64,000 bases of DNA from Acidobacteriota bacterium (GTDB lineage: Bacteria; Acidobacteriota; Vicinamibacteria; Vicinamibacterales; 2-12-FULL-66-21): the NCBI GenBank assembly GCA_031393955.1, contig JANMWI010000097.1:15702-79701 (forward strand), read 5' to 3'. The notes beneath the pieces were generated by a model. It saw only the letters and a program-made list of their open reading frames with translations. It did no database searches and had not been told where the DNA came from. Shown here piece after piece: positions 35,474 to 44,592 of the stretch. Within the stretch, counting starts at the first letter, position 1; each line of letters begins with the position of its first letter. The translations under genes and the position numbers were made by a program.

Positions 35474-36312
35474 CGCGCATCCTGGTGGCCGGCGCCGCCG
35501 GTCAGCTCGGCGGGACGATCCTGCGGCATTTCGCCGGCGCCGCCGAGGTGATCGGGCTGACCCGCCGCGACCTCGACATCAGCGTCGAGGCGGATGTCCG
35601 GCGCGCCGTGCGGGAGGCGTCGCCCGACGTCATCGTCAACTGTTCCGCCTATAACGCCGTCGACCAGGCCGAGGTCGAGCCGCTCGCGGCGCTCGAGGCC
35701 AACGCCTTCGGTGTGCTCGCGCTGGCGCGTGCGGCCAGGGATACCGGCGCGCTGCTCGTCCACTACGGCACCGACTTCGTCTTCGACGGCGCCGCCGCAA
35801 CCCCGTACCGCGAGAGCGACGAGCCGTTGCCGGCCAGCAACTACGGCCTGTCCAAGCTGCTCGGGGAATGGTTCGCCGCCGACGCTCCGGCGCACTACGT
35901 GCTGCGGGTCGAGAGCCTGTTCGGCGGCGAGCGCGCCAAGAGCAGCGTCGATCGCATCCTCGAGGCCATCCGCCGCGGCGAGGCCGTGCGGGTCTTCGTC
36001 GACCGCACCGTGACGCCGAGCTACGTCGACGACGTCGCGGACGCGACGCGGCGGCTGATCGAGCAGCGGCCGGCCTACGGCCTGTATCACTGCGTCAACA
36101 GCGGCGTCACGACCTGGCTGGGCATCGCGGAGGAGGCGGCGCGGCTGCTGGGGCGTGAGCCGTCGTTCGAGCGGGTCAGCGTCGATGCGGTGCAGCTGCG
36201 CGCGCGGCGGCCGAAATACTGCGCGCTGTCGAACGACAAGCTAAGGGACGCCGGAGTCGACATGCCGCCGTGGCAGGAGGCCCTGGCGCGGTACATCGCG
36301 CGCGTCGGCTGA
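35470..36312 (+). CDS. rmlD: dTDP-4-dehydrorhamnose reductase
   Basis: [15 protein letters not shown]..., [27 protein letters not shown], and YGLSKLLGE (YxxxK). GTGA overlap with the DegT stop. Confidence 0.85.
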   Translation: MTRILVAGAAGQLGGTILRHFAGAAEVIGLTRRDLDISVEADVRRAVREASPDVIVNCSAYNAVDQAEVEPLAALEANAFGVLALARAARDTGALLVHYGTDFVFDGAAATPYRESDEPLPASNYGLSKLLGEWFAADAPAHYVLRVESLFGGERAKSSVDRILEAIRRGEAVRVFVDRTVTPSYVDDVADATRRLIEQRPAYGLYHCVNSGVTTWLGIAEEAARLLGREPSFERVSVDAVQLRARRPKYCALSNDKLRDAGVDMPPWQEALARYIARVG

Positions 36313-36330
36313 ACGCTCGATCCGCGACCG

Positions 36331-36546
36331 CTAGCGGCCGAAGGCGCGGTGGTTCTGGTGAAGGCGGATCCAGTTTTCGAGGTCGGCCTTCTTGAACCGC
36401 CAGGTCGAACCCCAACGGACGGCCGGCAGGACGCACGTCGCCGCGGCGCGACGCAGCTCGGCGTCGACGAGCAGCGCGTTGATCACCTGCTCCGCCGTCA
36501 GGAACTCGGACGGCGCGTCTGCGACAGCCTCGGAGTTGTCTGCCAT
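36331..36546 (-). CDS. Small helix-turn-helix (excisionase/AlpA-like HTH_17) DNA-binding protein
   Basis: 71 aa. FLTAEQVINALLVDAELRRAAATCVLPAVRWGSTWRFKKADLENWI resembles the MerR-superfamily excisionase-type HTH. Confidence 0.55.
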   Translation of the reverse strand: MADNSEAVADAPSEFLTAEQVINALLVDAELRRAAATCVLPAVRWGSTWRFKKADLENWIRLHQNHRAFGR

Positions 36547-36680
36547 TGCCTGAGTCGATCGTAGGACGAACCCGCCGGCAATGGAATATGCGCGCCGGTA
36601 GCTTGTCGCTACCCCTTTCGGTATACGGACGGCCAGCCGCCGCAGATCGACGCGGCAGAGAAGGGGGATCTGACCGTGAT

Positions 36681-36722
36681 GAGAGCTGAGAGCTGTGAGC
36701 TGAGAGCTGTGAGCTGTAAGCT
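36681..36722. repeat. 14-nt tandem repeat (GAGCTGAGAGCTGT x ~3)
   Basis: gaGAGCTGAGAGCTGTGAGCTGAGAGCTGTGAGCTGTAAGCT. It ends 8 nt before the response-regulator ATG (36731). Confidence 0.85.
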
Positions 36723-36730
36723 ATGGCACT

Positions 36731-37366
36731 ATGCCGATTCGCCTTGTTCTTGCCGACGACCACCAGATTGTGCTTCACGGGCTGCAGCAGCTGTTCGACC
36801 GGCAGGAGGACTGCGAGGTCGTCCGCTGCTGCCACGACGCCGCTTCCGCGATTGAGGCGGTCGAGACGCTCTCTCCGGACGTCCTGGTACTGGACCTGCG
36901 GATGCCGCAGCAGGGGGGGCTCGACATCCTCAAGGCGCTTGCCGGCCGGCACGAGCAGTGCCGGCGGGTGCTGCTGACCGCCGCGATTCGCGATGAGGAG
37001 GTCATGGAGGCGGTCAAGCTGGGCGCCACCGGGCTGGTGCTGAAGGAATCGCCGCCGGAGGCGCTGCTCGAATGCGTCCGCACGGTCCACGCCGGGCGGC
37101 AGTGGATCGAGCGCGACACGCTGGCCCGGGCGTTCCGCGCCGCCGTCGACCGCGAGTCGGCGCTCAAGGCCGGCGACGCGCTGACACCGCGTGAGGCGGA
37201 GATCGTCAAGATGGTCTCCCAGGGACTGCGCAACAAGGTCATCGCCGAGCGGCTGTCGATTTCGGAAGGCACCGTCAAGGTGCACCTGCACAATACCTAC
37301 GAGAAGCTTGGCGTCGACGGACGACTCGAGCTCGTGCTCATCGCCCAGCAGAAGGGGTTGATCTAG
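36731..37366 (+). CDS. NarL/FixJ (LuxR-type) response regulator
   Basis: REC domain (LVLADDH...VLVLDLRMP...) plus a LuxR HTH (LTPREAEIVKMVSQGLRNKVIAERLSISEGTVKVHLHNTYEKLGV). Confidence 0.9.
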   Translation: MPIRLVLADDHQIVLHGLQQLFDRQEDCEVVRCCHDAASAIEAVETLSPDVLVLDLRMPQQGGLDILKALAGRHEQCRRVLLTAAIRDEEVMEAVKLGATGLVLKESPPEALLECVRTVHAGRQWIERDTLARAFRAAVDRESALKAGDALTPREAEIVKMVSQGLRNKVIAERLSISEGTVKVHLHNTYEKLGVDGRLELVLIAQQKGLI

Positions 37367-38931
37367 ATCGGCACGATCAGTTCGATGCGCGAGCCGATGG
37401 CCGCCGATTCGACCGCCATCGAGCCGCCGATCGACATGATCCGCTCCCGCAGGCTGACCGGCCCGACGCCGGCGGCGAGCAAGTCATGGTGGCTGAGACG
37501 GCCGCTGAATGGAAACCCGCGCCCGTCATTCGTCACCACCAGACGGAGTGTCCCTGGAGCGGGCTGATCCGCCTCCACCGAGACCCTCGACGGCTGTGCG
37601 TGTTTGAGCGCGTTGATGACCGCCTCCTGGACGAGCAGCCGGATGGTCAACTCGGCCTCCGGCGGCGCCCTGAGGTCGTCCGGAGTCACCCGTACCAGGA
37701 TTGGCGTCTTCCACTCCGGAGCGAGCCGGTCGCTCAGCTGCCGCAGCAGGTGCAGCACCGAATCGCTTGCTCCCGACCGCCGCGAGGTGGGCTTCAGGTC
37801 GTCGATGAACAGACGTAGTTCCCGCTGTTCAATGGCGATCGCGCGCTCGATCGCCAGCAGCCCGTCCCGGGCGGCCGCGGTCGCGTCCGCCGCGTCCGCG
37901 AGAATCTGCAGCCGCAGCCGGATCCCGGTGAGCGACTGGAGCACGCCGTCATGGAGATCGCGCGCCAGGCGGATCCGCTCCTCACGCACCGCCACCTGCT
38001 GCAGGCGGTCGTGCAGGTAGAGCCGCTCGAGCGACGTCCCCACTTCGTGAGCAACGACGTTGACGAGCGGCATGATCTCCTGGGCCTGGCCGGGGGCGCT
38101 CCCGCTGCAGTACAACCGCCCGACGAGGTGTTCGAGCTCGAAGGGCGCCGACGCGATCCCCTGACCCGTCAGCCGCGCCGAGATTTCCGCCGCCAGCCGC
38201 GCGTCCTGCCAGTCGCTGAGCGGAGCGGCGCCGCCCGCGGCGGTGCCATGCCGGTCGCCGGCCGCGTCGCCCGGCACGAACCAGCTCCGGCCGAGTCTCT
38301 TGGGTGATCCGCTGGCGGCGACCGACGGCGGCAGCTTGACGATGCCCTCCCGCTCGCCTGCAGACGAGGCCACGTAAATCCACGGTTCATCGTCCGACTC
38401 CCAGGCGGCAATGACCCGCTCGCAGCCGACCACTGAAGCGGCGTGTGCCAACAGTTGACAGGCCGCCCCGGCAAAGCTGACGTCGACGAACACCGGCCAG
38501 CCGCTGACCTTCTGCAGCGTGCCGAGCGCGCCGCGCAGCTCGATCACGGCCTGCCGCTGCGCCGCGTCCGCCTCCTTCCGGGCGGCGCTGATCGAGGCCG
38601 CGACGATCGCGATGACCGCAAATACCGCCAGCCGGATGCCGTCGTCCGCGCCGATGTTGAACGAGTAATAGGGGGGAATGAAGAAGTAGCTGAGCGCCAC
38701 GGTCGACAGGATCGTCGCGACGATCGCCGGACCGTAGCCGAAGTAGACCGCGGTGAACAGGACCGCCGGGAAGAAAAGAATCGAGACGCTCGTGCCCATG
38801 ATGCCGTGGAGCGCCGCGGTGCCGGCGATCGCGAGCACCACCGCCGCGACCGCCGCCGCGTAGGGCAGTGCGCTCTCGACCGCGCGCGGAACGCGGCCGG
38901 GCGGTGGCACGTCGAAGGGGTCCGGGCCCAT
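37363..38931 (-). CDS. Sensor histidine kinase (DUF4118-like TM region, GAF-like, HisKA_3, HATPase_c)
   Basis: H-box LARDLHDGVLQSLTGIRL. ATPase region LLVQEAVINALKHA...VVTNDGRGF. N-terminal helices as in the KdpD-type DUF4118. The start is uncertain (ATG 38931 preferred; the longest ORF reaches 39003). Confidence 0.85.
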   Translation of the reverse strand: MGPDPFDVPPPGRVPRAVESALPYAAAVAAVVLAIAGTAALHGIMGTSVSILFFPAVLFTAVYFGYGPAIVATILSTVALSYFFIPPYYSFNIGADDGIRLAVFAVIAIVAASISAARKEADAAQRQAVIELRGALGTLQKVSGWPVFVDVSFAGAACQLLAHAASVVGCERVIAAWESDDEPWIYVASSAGEREGIVKLPPSVAASGSPKRLGRSWFVPGDAAGDRHGTAAGGAAPLSDWQDARLAAEISARLTGQGIASAPFELEHLVGRLYCSGSAPGQAQEIMPLVNVVAHEVGTSLERLYLHDRLQQVAVREERIRLARDLHDGVLQSLTGIRLRLQILADAADATAAARDGLLAIERAIAIEQRELRLFIDDLKPTSRRSGASDSVLHLLRQLSDRLAPEWKTPILVRVTPDDLRAPPEAELTIRLLVQEAVINALKHAQPSRVSVEADQPAPGTLRLVVTNDGRGFPFSGRLSHHDLLAAGVGPVSLRERIMSIGGSMAVESAAIGSRIELIVPI

Positions 38932-39210
38932 CGTCACCACGTTACGACGTGGACCCTTGGACGGCATGGGTTGGGACGCGGCGCCAGCGCGGAGCGTGAG
39001 CAAAGCTCTGCCGGAAAGTCTCCTGGCGGCGCCAGCCTTTGACCTGAGCCGTTCCTATTCCCTTTGATAGATGCATTCTTCCTCCGCCAGAATCTCACAG
39101 TTTGTTCAGCAAAAATCAGCTTTCTAAGCGTCCGCGCGACGGTCCGGCTGGCATGATGACCGCAGTATGGCTCAGTACGAAACGGAGCGTTTCCCGGAGT
39201 CGAGGGGATT

Positions 39211-42200
39211 ATGGCAGGGCGAATCAGATTCAACGCGGCGTTGGCGGCCCTGGTGGCCGGACTGGTCACGGCGGCCCCGGCGCGCGCCCAGGAGTGGCTA
39301 TGCGATGCGTCGTTCGAGAACTGCCGCACGCCGCTCATCAATCTGATCCGGCAGGAGACGGTCGGCCTCGACGTCGCCTTCTGGTTCATGGAAGACGGCC
39401 GCATCTCGGCGGAAATCGTCAAGCGCTGGCAGGCCGGCGTGCCGGTGCGCGTGATCATGGATCAGCGGGCGCTCCCGGCTTTCGGCGGCACCCACCCGGC
39501 CCAGGTGCCGATCCTTCAGCAGCTCGCCGATGCCGGCATCCCGATCAGGCAGCGGGCGCTCACCGCCTCGGACATCCTGCACTGGAAGATGATGCTCTTC
39601 TCGGGGCAGAACATCGTCGAGTTCAGCGGCGCCAACTACAGTCCGACCGCGTTCGTGCCCGAAGCGCCGTACGTCAACTTCGAAGACGAGGCGATCTTCT
39701 TCACCGACGACGCGAAAGTGGTGAACAGCTTCCGGACCAAGTACGACGACCTGTGGGTCGATACGGCCATTTACAAGGACTACGCGAACATCCTCAATCC
39801 GCCGGCCCGCGTCTACCCGATCTTTCCGAAGGACCCGGAGCTGAACTTTCCGCAGCAGGAGAGCTACGCCAACCGCCTGCTCGGCAAGTATCCCAGGGAG
39901 ACCAAGGGTATCGACGTCATCATGTTCCGGCTCACCGACGAGCGCGAGACCAACGCCGTCCTCGCCGCCATCCAGCGTGGCATACCGGTGCGGCTGATCA
40001 CCGATCTCGACGAATACCGCGTCCCGAAGCGCCAATGGGTGTCGTATAACCTCGACCGGCTCTGGGCCGCCGGCGTCAAGTTCCGGGTCCGGGCTCACCT
40101 CGGATTGAATCACCAGAAGCTCGTCCTCTTCCAGAGCCAGCGCCTGTCGGTGTTCGGCTCGTCGAACTGGACGACGCCCTCGGACAACAAGCAGCAGGAG
40201 CACAACTACTTCACGCTCAAGCCGTGGATCTTCGACTACTTCTCGAACCAGTTCCAGCGGAAGTGGTGCTCGGGTTCGTGGACCGCCGGAGTGCCGGATG
40301 ATTGTGTCGGGCGTCAGAACCCTGTCGGCTCGGTCGAGACTGCCGATTTCACGCCGCTGCCGGCCGACAAACCGACCAACACCAGTCCCGCGAACCTGGC
40401 GGCGACGATCGCGACCACCGGGATCAAGCTGAAGTGGGACGGCGGCTACTACGCGCACTACTACGACGTCTACTTCGGGCTCGACCCGAATCCGCCGCTC
40501 TATAAACCCAACCTCCGCCTCGGACCGAAGGATTTCGGCACGGGGGCAACGCAGTCGCTGGTGCTGCCGACGCTGCAGCCTGGCACGACCTACTACTGGC
40601 GCGTGGCGTCGAGAACCATGGCCGGGCTGCAGACAGTCGGCCCGATCTGGTCCTTCACGACCAAGGGGGTGCCGCCGCCTCCGCCGCCGCCGCCCGCTGG
40701 CGCGGTGACGCAGGTCATCTGGGCCTCCGACGTCCAGCCCGCCAACATCGTCGGGCGATGGAGCGCGATCGCGGATCCAACCGCCGCGGGTGGCATCGGG
40801 CTGTGGAACCCGGACAAGGCCAACGCGAAGATCGCCCCAGCGCTGGCCGCGCCGGCCACTTATTTCGAGGCGACGTTCGATGCGATGAGCGGCGTGCCGT
40901 ATCACATCTGGATCCGGCTGCGCGCGCAGGCCAACTCGCTGTCGAACAACTCCGTCCACGTCCAGTTCAGCGACTCGGTGGATCCGTTCGGGACACTGAG
41001 CTACCGCATCGGGACGACGGCGAGCCAGGAAATCGTGCTCCAGGGGGCGACAATTGCCGGGTGGGGCTGGGCCGACAACTCGACGGCCACCAGGTTTGGC
41101 TCGGATCTCTATTTCGCCTCCACCGGACCGCACACCATCCGCGTCCAGCAGCGCACCGACGGTCCGGTGATTGACCAGATCGTGCTCAGCCCAGACACCT
41201 ATATCCGGAGCGCGCCGGGCACGGCCTGGCTGGATGCAACCGTTCTGGCGAGCACGGTCAGCGGCGCCCCGGGGCCGCCCCGTCCGACGCTGTCGGATCC
41301 ATGGCGCGGATCGGACATCGGCGTGGTCGGGATCAACGGCCTGGCGGGGAACGATCCTGTCTCCGGCAGCGTGACGGTCGTGGCCGGCGGCGGGGATGTG
41401 TGGGGCACGGCCGACGGGATGTACTTCGCCTGGCAGCCGCTCTCCGGCGACGGCTCGATCGTCGCACGGCTGTCGGGCGTGCAGAAGGCGGTCAGCTGGT
41501 CGCGCGCCGGCGTCATGATCCGCGAGACGCTCGCGCCCGGCTCGCCGAACGCGTTCATGTATCTGTCGGCCGGCACGGTGACCGGTTTCCAGCGGCGGCG
41601 GACCGGGGGGGGCGCAACGTTCGCGACGATCGTGTCCTCGACCTCATCGGCGCCTGGCTGGGTCCGGCTCGACCGCGCCGGCGACACAGTCACCGGCTAC
41701 ACGTCGCCTGACGGTTTCGCATGGCGATTCATCGGCACCGACACCGTGCCGATGACCGGCCCGGTCTACGTCGGTCTGGCCGGAACGAGCGCGAGCGTGA
41801 CGGCGACGTCAACCAGCGCCTTCGACAACGTCGTGCTGACGCCCGGAACACCGGTGGGCCCGGTGCCGCCGCCGACGCCGTCCTTGCTTCCCGACGGCTG
41901 GTCGCGCGGGGATGTCGGCAATGTCGGCATTACCGGCGACGTCTCCTTCGACGTCCCCACCGCCGCGTTCACCATGAAGGGGGCGGGGAGCGATACCTGG
42001 GGCAGCGCGGACTCATTCGCGTTCGCCTGGCGGACGATGACGGGCGACGGCGTCGTCACAGCGCGGGTGATCAAAATCCAGAACATCAATGTCGGGTCAA
42101 AGGCCGGCGTGATGATCCGTCAGTCGCTCGACCCCGCCGCGCCGAACGTCTTCATGGGAGTGACGGCCGCTAAAGGGTCGATCTTCCAGCGCCGCCTGTC

Positions 42201-42438
42201 GGCCGGCGCGGCGACGGTGGCCGCCATGGATGCGGTCGTGAAGGCTCCCTACTGGATCAAGCTGGAACGGATTGGGGACCTCTTCAACGCCTACGAGTCG
42301 GTCGACGGGTTGAACTGGGTGCTCGTCGGCTCGGACACGGTGGCCATGGACGCCACGGTCTTCGTCGGCCTCGCCACGGTCAGCAAAGACCCGATGAATA
42401 CGACGACGGCGGTGTTCGACGACGTGCACGTTCCCTGA
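39211..42438 (+). CDS. Secreted PLD-superfamily (two HxK motifs) protein with FN3 and two DUF1349/ConA-like lectin-type domains
   Basis: Signal peptide ...LVAGLVTAAPARAQE. ILHWKMMLFSG...FSGANY and LNHQKLVLFQSQ..VFGSSNW are the two HxK motifs. FN3-like GTTYYWRVASRT. There are two ~190-aa repeats (W.G.D.G..G..G......G.G.D.WG.AD...FAW..). Confidence 0.75.
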   Translation: MAGRIRFNAALAALVAGLVTAAPARAQEWLCDASFENCRTPLINLIRQETVGLDVAFWFMEDGRISAEIVKRWQAGVPVRVIMDQRALPAFGGTHPAQVPILQQLADAGIPIRQRALTASDILHWKMMLFSGQNIVEFSGANYSPTAFVPEAPYVNFEDEAIFFTDDAKVVNSFRTKYDDLWVDTAIYKDYANILNPPARVYPIFPKDPELNFPQQESYANRLLGKYPRETKGIDVIMFRLTDERETNAVLAAIQRGIPVRLITDLDEYRVPKRQWVSYNLDRLWAAGVKFRVRAHLGLNHQKLVLFQSQRLSVFGSSNWTTPSDNKQQEHNYFTLKPWIFDYFSNQFQRKWCSGSWTAGVPDDCVGRQNPVGSVETADFTPLPADKPTNTSPANLAATIATTGIKLKWDGGYYAHYYDVYFGLDPNPPLYKPNLRLGPKDFGTGATQSLVLPTLQPGTTYYWRVASRTMAGLQTVGPIWSFTTKGVPPPPPPPPAGAVTQVIWASDVQPANIVGRWSAIADPTAAGGIGLWNPDKANAKIAPALAAPATYFEATFDAMSGVPYHIWIRLRAQANSLSNNSVHVQFSDSVDPFGTLSYRIGTTASQEIVLQGATIAGWGWADNSTATRFGSDLYFASTGPHTIRVQQRTDGPVIDQIVLSPDTYIRSAPGTAWLDATVLASTVSGAPGPPRPTLSDPWRGSDIGVVGINGLAGNDPVSGSVTVVAGGGDVWGTADGMYFAWQPLSGDGSIVARLSGVQKAVSWSRAGVMIRETLAPGSPNAFMYLSAGTVTGFQRRRTGGGATFATIVSSTSSAPGWVRLDRAGDTVTGYTSPDGFAWRFIGTDTVPMTGPVYVGLAGTSASVTATSTSAFDNVVLTPGTPVGPVPPPTPSLLPDGWSRGDVGNVGITGDVSFDVPTAAFTMKGAGSDTWGSADSFAFAWRTMTGDGVVTARVIKIQNINVGSKAGVMIRQSLDPAAPNVFMGVTAAKGSIFQRRLSAGAATVAAMDAVVKAPYWIKLERIGDLFNAYESVDGLNWVLVGSDTVAMDATVFVGLATVSKDPMNTTTAVFDDVHVP

Positions 42439-42453
42439 GCGGTACAAACGAAA

Positions 42454-42480
42454 GTCCGGGAGGCGCGGAGCCTCCCGGAC
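42454..42480. terminator. Bidirectional hairpin terminator between convergent genes
   Basis: GTCCGGGAGGC-GCGGA-GCCTCCCGGAC is an 11-bp perfect stem, flanked by AAA upstream and TGCTT downstream. Confidence 0.6.
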
Positions 42481-42500
42481 TGCTTGCATCGAATCCGCGT

Positions 42501-44336
42501 CTAGCGGACCGAGACCGGCGCGGTCGCGGCGGCGGCGAAGTCCTGGAGCACCGTGCTCCAGGCGAAGACGTTCAGGTCGTAGTCGCCGGCCGCGAGGCCG
42601 CCGGCGGTCAGCCCGTAACCGCTGGCCTTGAAGCGATCGCCGTAGACCGCCGCGACATCGGAGCGTGAGCCGCCGAGCGTCGCCTGGCCGAGGAAGATGG
42701 GCTCGCCGCCGTCGCGCGGCCGTGCCCAGACATGCACGGCTTCGACGCCGGTGCCGCCCCACTGGTCGTCGAGATCCGCCGCCCAGCCGGCGACCGTGAA
42801 GGCCTGACCGGCGGCGAGCGTGACCCCGTCGGCGGTGCGCGCCGGCGTGTCGACGACGACCTGCGGTCCGACCCGGCCGCTGCCCTTCGGATTCAGCACG
42901 ATGCGGACCATGCGGTCGCCCGCCGGGCCGTTGAAGACGAGGTCGTAGGTGCCGGCGTAAGCGACGCCGGGCTGCCAGGTGAAGACCCCGCCGTCGAGGC
43001 CGGCGCCGGCCGGCAGCGGCGCCAGCCCGTTCGCCGAGACCATGCCGGCGCTGGTCGCGCCGGTGTTGAGCTCGATGCGGTCCAGTTCCTCAGCCTGCAC
43101 CACGAACAAGCCTGAGCGGTTGATGCGCCACGTCCGGGTCGGCGCGTTGAGGTCGTAGCCACGGCGTCCGACCAGCGGGGTGACGTCGTGCGCCGGCTCC
43201 GCGACCGTGGCCGCCGCCATTGCGGTTGCCGTCGATGCGGCGGTCGCGCTCGACGCTGACGTCGAGGCCGCGGTCGAGGCCGAGCCGTTCGCGACCGTGA
43301 AGTAGCGGCTGCCGACGCCCGCTGTGCCACCCATGTTGTCGGTGACCGCCCAGGCGATCGTATGGACGCCGTTGGTCAGCGTGCGCGTGTCGAAGGTGAA
43401 AACGCCCAGGGCGGTATTGATGCCCGTGTACTGCGCGACCGGGAAGTAGCCGGTCAGGTCGGACCGTGACGTCCAGCCGCCCGGGCTGCCGACCGGCACG
43501 CCGTCGATGACGACCCGGACGGTGCCGCCGCCGGTCGGATCCGCGCGGCGCGTCCCCGGGGCGAGCACCCAGCCGAAATTGTTGATGACGCCGGTGACGG
43601 TCTGGCCCTGCGTCGGCGTGTCGATGGCGCCGAACGGGGTGATCGAGCTGGCGTTGGCGCAGGTGATCGTCTTCGTCCCGAGCAGGGTCGAATGGCCGTC
43701 CCCGTCGTCTGCATACGCGTAGAGCGTGACAGTGCCGTTGCCCAGATTCGGCAGGAAGTTCGTCAGCAACAGGTAACCCCAGCCAGCGCGATCGCGCCCG
43801 GGAGTCGTGGGGAAAATCGCGGCGATATCCGGACGCGCGCCGCTCACCAGGGTGGCGTCGCCGATCGGCACGAGCACGCCCGGCGTCTCGCCGGCGACTG
43901 GCGCGCGCAGGACGCGCACCTTGGTGATGCCATTGTCGTCGAGCGCCCAGCCGGTCACCGCGACCGAGCCGGTCAGGCCCGCCGAGTTGTCGGACGGCGT
44001 GTCGAAGCTGCCGAAGGGCGGCACTGTCGTTGCCGCCGGCGCGATGCCGGAGACCTCGTTCGAAGGCAGGCTCTTGACGCCCGCCGCGGTATAGGCCTGG
44101 ACCCGGAAGTAATAGGTCTTGCCGGGGGTCGCTGTCGAGAAGGTGAAAGACGTCTGCGCGCCGACGTCGAACGTCTGGTCGGTACCCCCTGGCGCGCTGC
44201 CGACCAGCACCAGGTAGCCGCTGACCTCGGGCTCGACGTTCGGGTCCCAGGCTATCGTGATCGAGGCGGCCGAAGCGACCGTCCCGAACAGCAACAGCAT
44301 CAGCACGGCGGTGACGAACAGGCGTAATCTCGACAT
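42501..44336 (-). CDS. Secreted FN3 + repeated Ig-like-module protein (paralog family member 1)
   Basis: From ATG 44336 (MSRLRLFVTAVLMLLLFGTVASAA). FN3 (ITIAWDPN...YYFRVQAY). Two FG(S/A)(F/I)DTP...GW(A/V)L modules. C-terminal GWA module (FTVAGWAADL...GTGVEAVHVWARP). Confidence 0.75.
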   Translation of the reverse strand: MSRLRLFVTAVLMLLLFGTVASAASITIAWDPNVEPEVSGYLVLVGSAPGGTDQTFDVGAQTSFTFSTATPGKTYYFRVQAYTAAGVKSLPSNEVSGIAPAATTVPPFGSFDTPSDNSAGLTGSVAVTGWALDDNGITKVRVLRAPVAGETPGVLVPIGDATLVSGARPDIAAIFPTTPGRDRAGWGYLLLTNFLPNLGNGTVTLYAYADDGDGHSTLLGTKTITCANASSITPFGAIDTPTQGQTVTGVINNFGWVLAPGTRRADPTGGGTVRVVIDGVPVGSPGGWTSRSDLTGYFPVAQYTGINTALGVFTFDTRTLTNGVHTIAWAVTDNMGGTAGVGSRYFTVANGSASTAASTSASSATAASTATAMAAATVAEPAHDVTPLVGRRGYDLNAPTRTWRINRSGLFVVQAEELDRIELNTGATSAGMVSANGLAPLPAGAGLDGGVFTWQPGVAYAGTYDLVFNGPAGDRMVRIVLNPKGSGRVGPQVVVDTPARTADGVTLAAGQAFTVAGWAADLDDQWGGTGVEAVHVWARPRDGGEPIFLGQATLGGSRSDVAAVYGDRFKASGYGLTAGGLAAGDYDLNVFAWSTVLQDFAAAATAPVSVR

Positions 44337-44522
44337 AAAGCTCCTTGAACCCGATGGGTATCGGAGCAGGGGCAACAGCCGTGCCGGCCCGGACGAGCCT
44401 AAAAGGGCCAAGAACAGGCCAGATTTTATTGAATTGTGCCGGCGCTCGGTGGCTGGGCGGGCAGAAGGCCTTACAGAACTGAGGTCTGGATCTCAGATGC
44501 AGCCTGGCTCGACAGTACAAGG

Positions 44523-44548
44523 AAAAGGGGCCGCTTGGAGGCGGCCCC
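44523..44548 (-). terminator. Rho-independent terminator of 44593..46560
   Basis: Minus strand reads GGGGCCGC-CUCCAA-GCGGCCCC followed by UUUUCC, 45 nt after the stop. Confidence 0.7.
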
Positions 44549-44592
44549 CTCTTGAGTAGGAAGCAGCGGGACAGCCGATTTAGCGCACCGGT

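Noticed and set aside
36331-36546. Excisionase-like HTH gene as a marker of a prophage or integrative element
   Set aside because: No integrase, att-like direct repeats, tRNA or phage genes lie within reach. It is probably an orphan small regulator.
39211-42438. PLD-family protein as a nuclease-type anti-phage defence gene
   Set aside because: It has a clear Sec signal peptide, FN3 and lectin-like domains. It has no partner ATPase, helicase or methylase genes, so it is more consistent with an extracellular enzyme.
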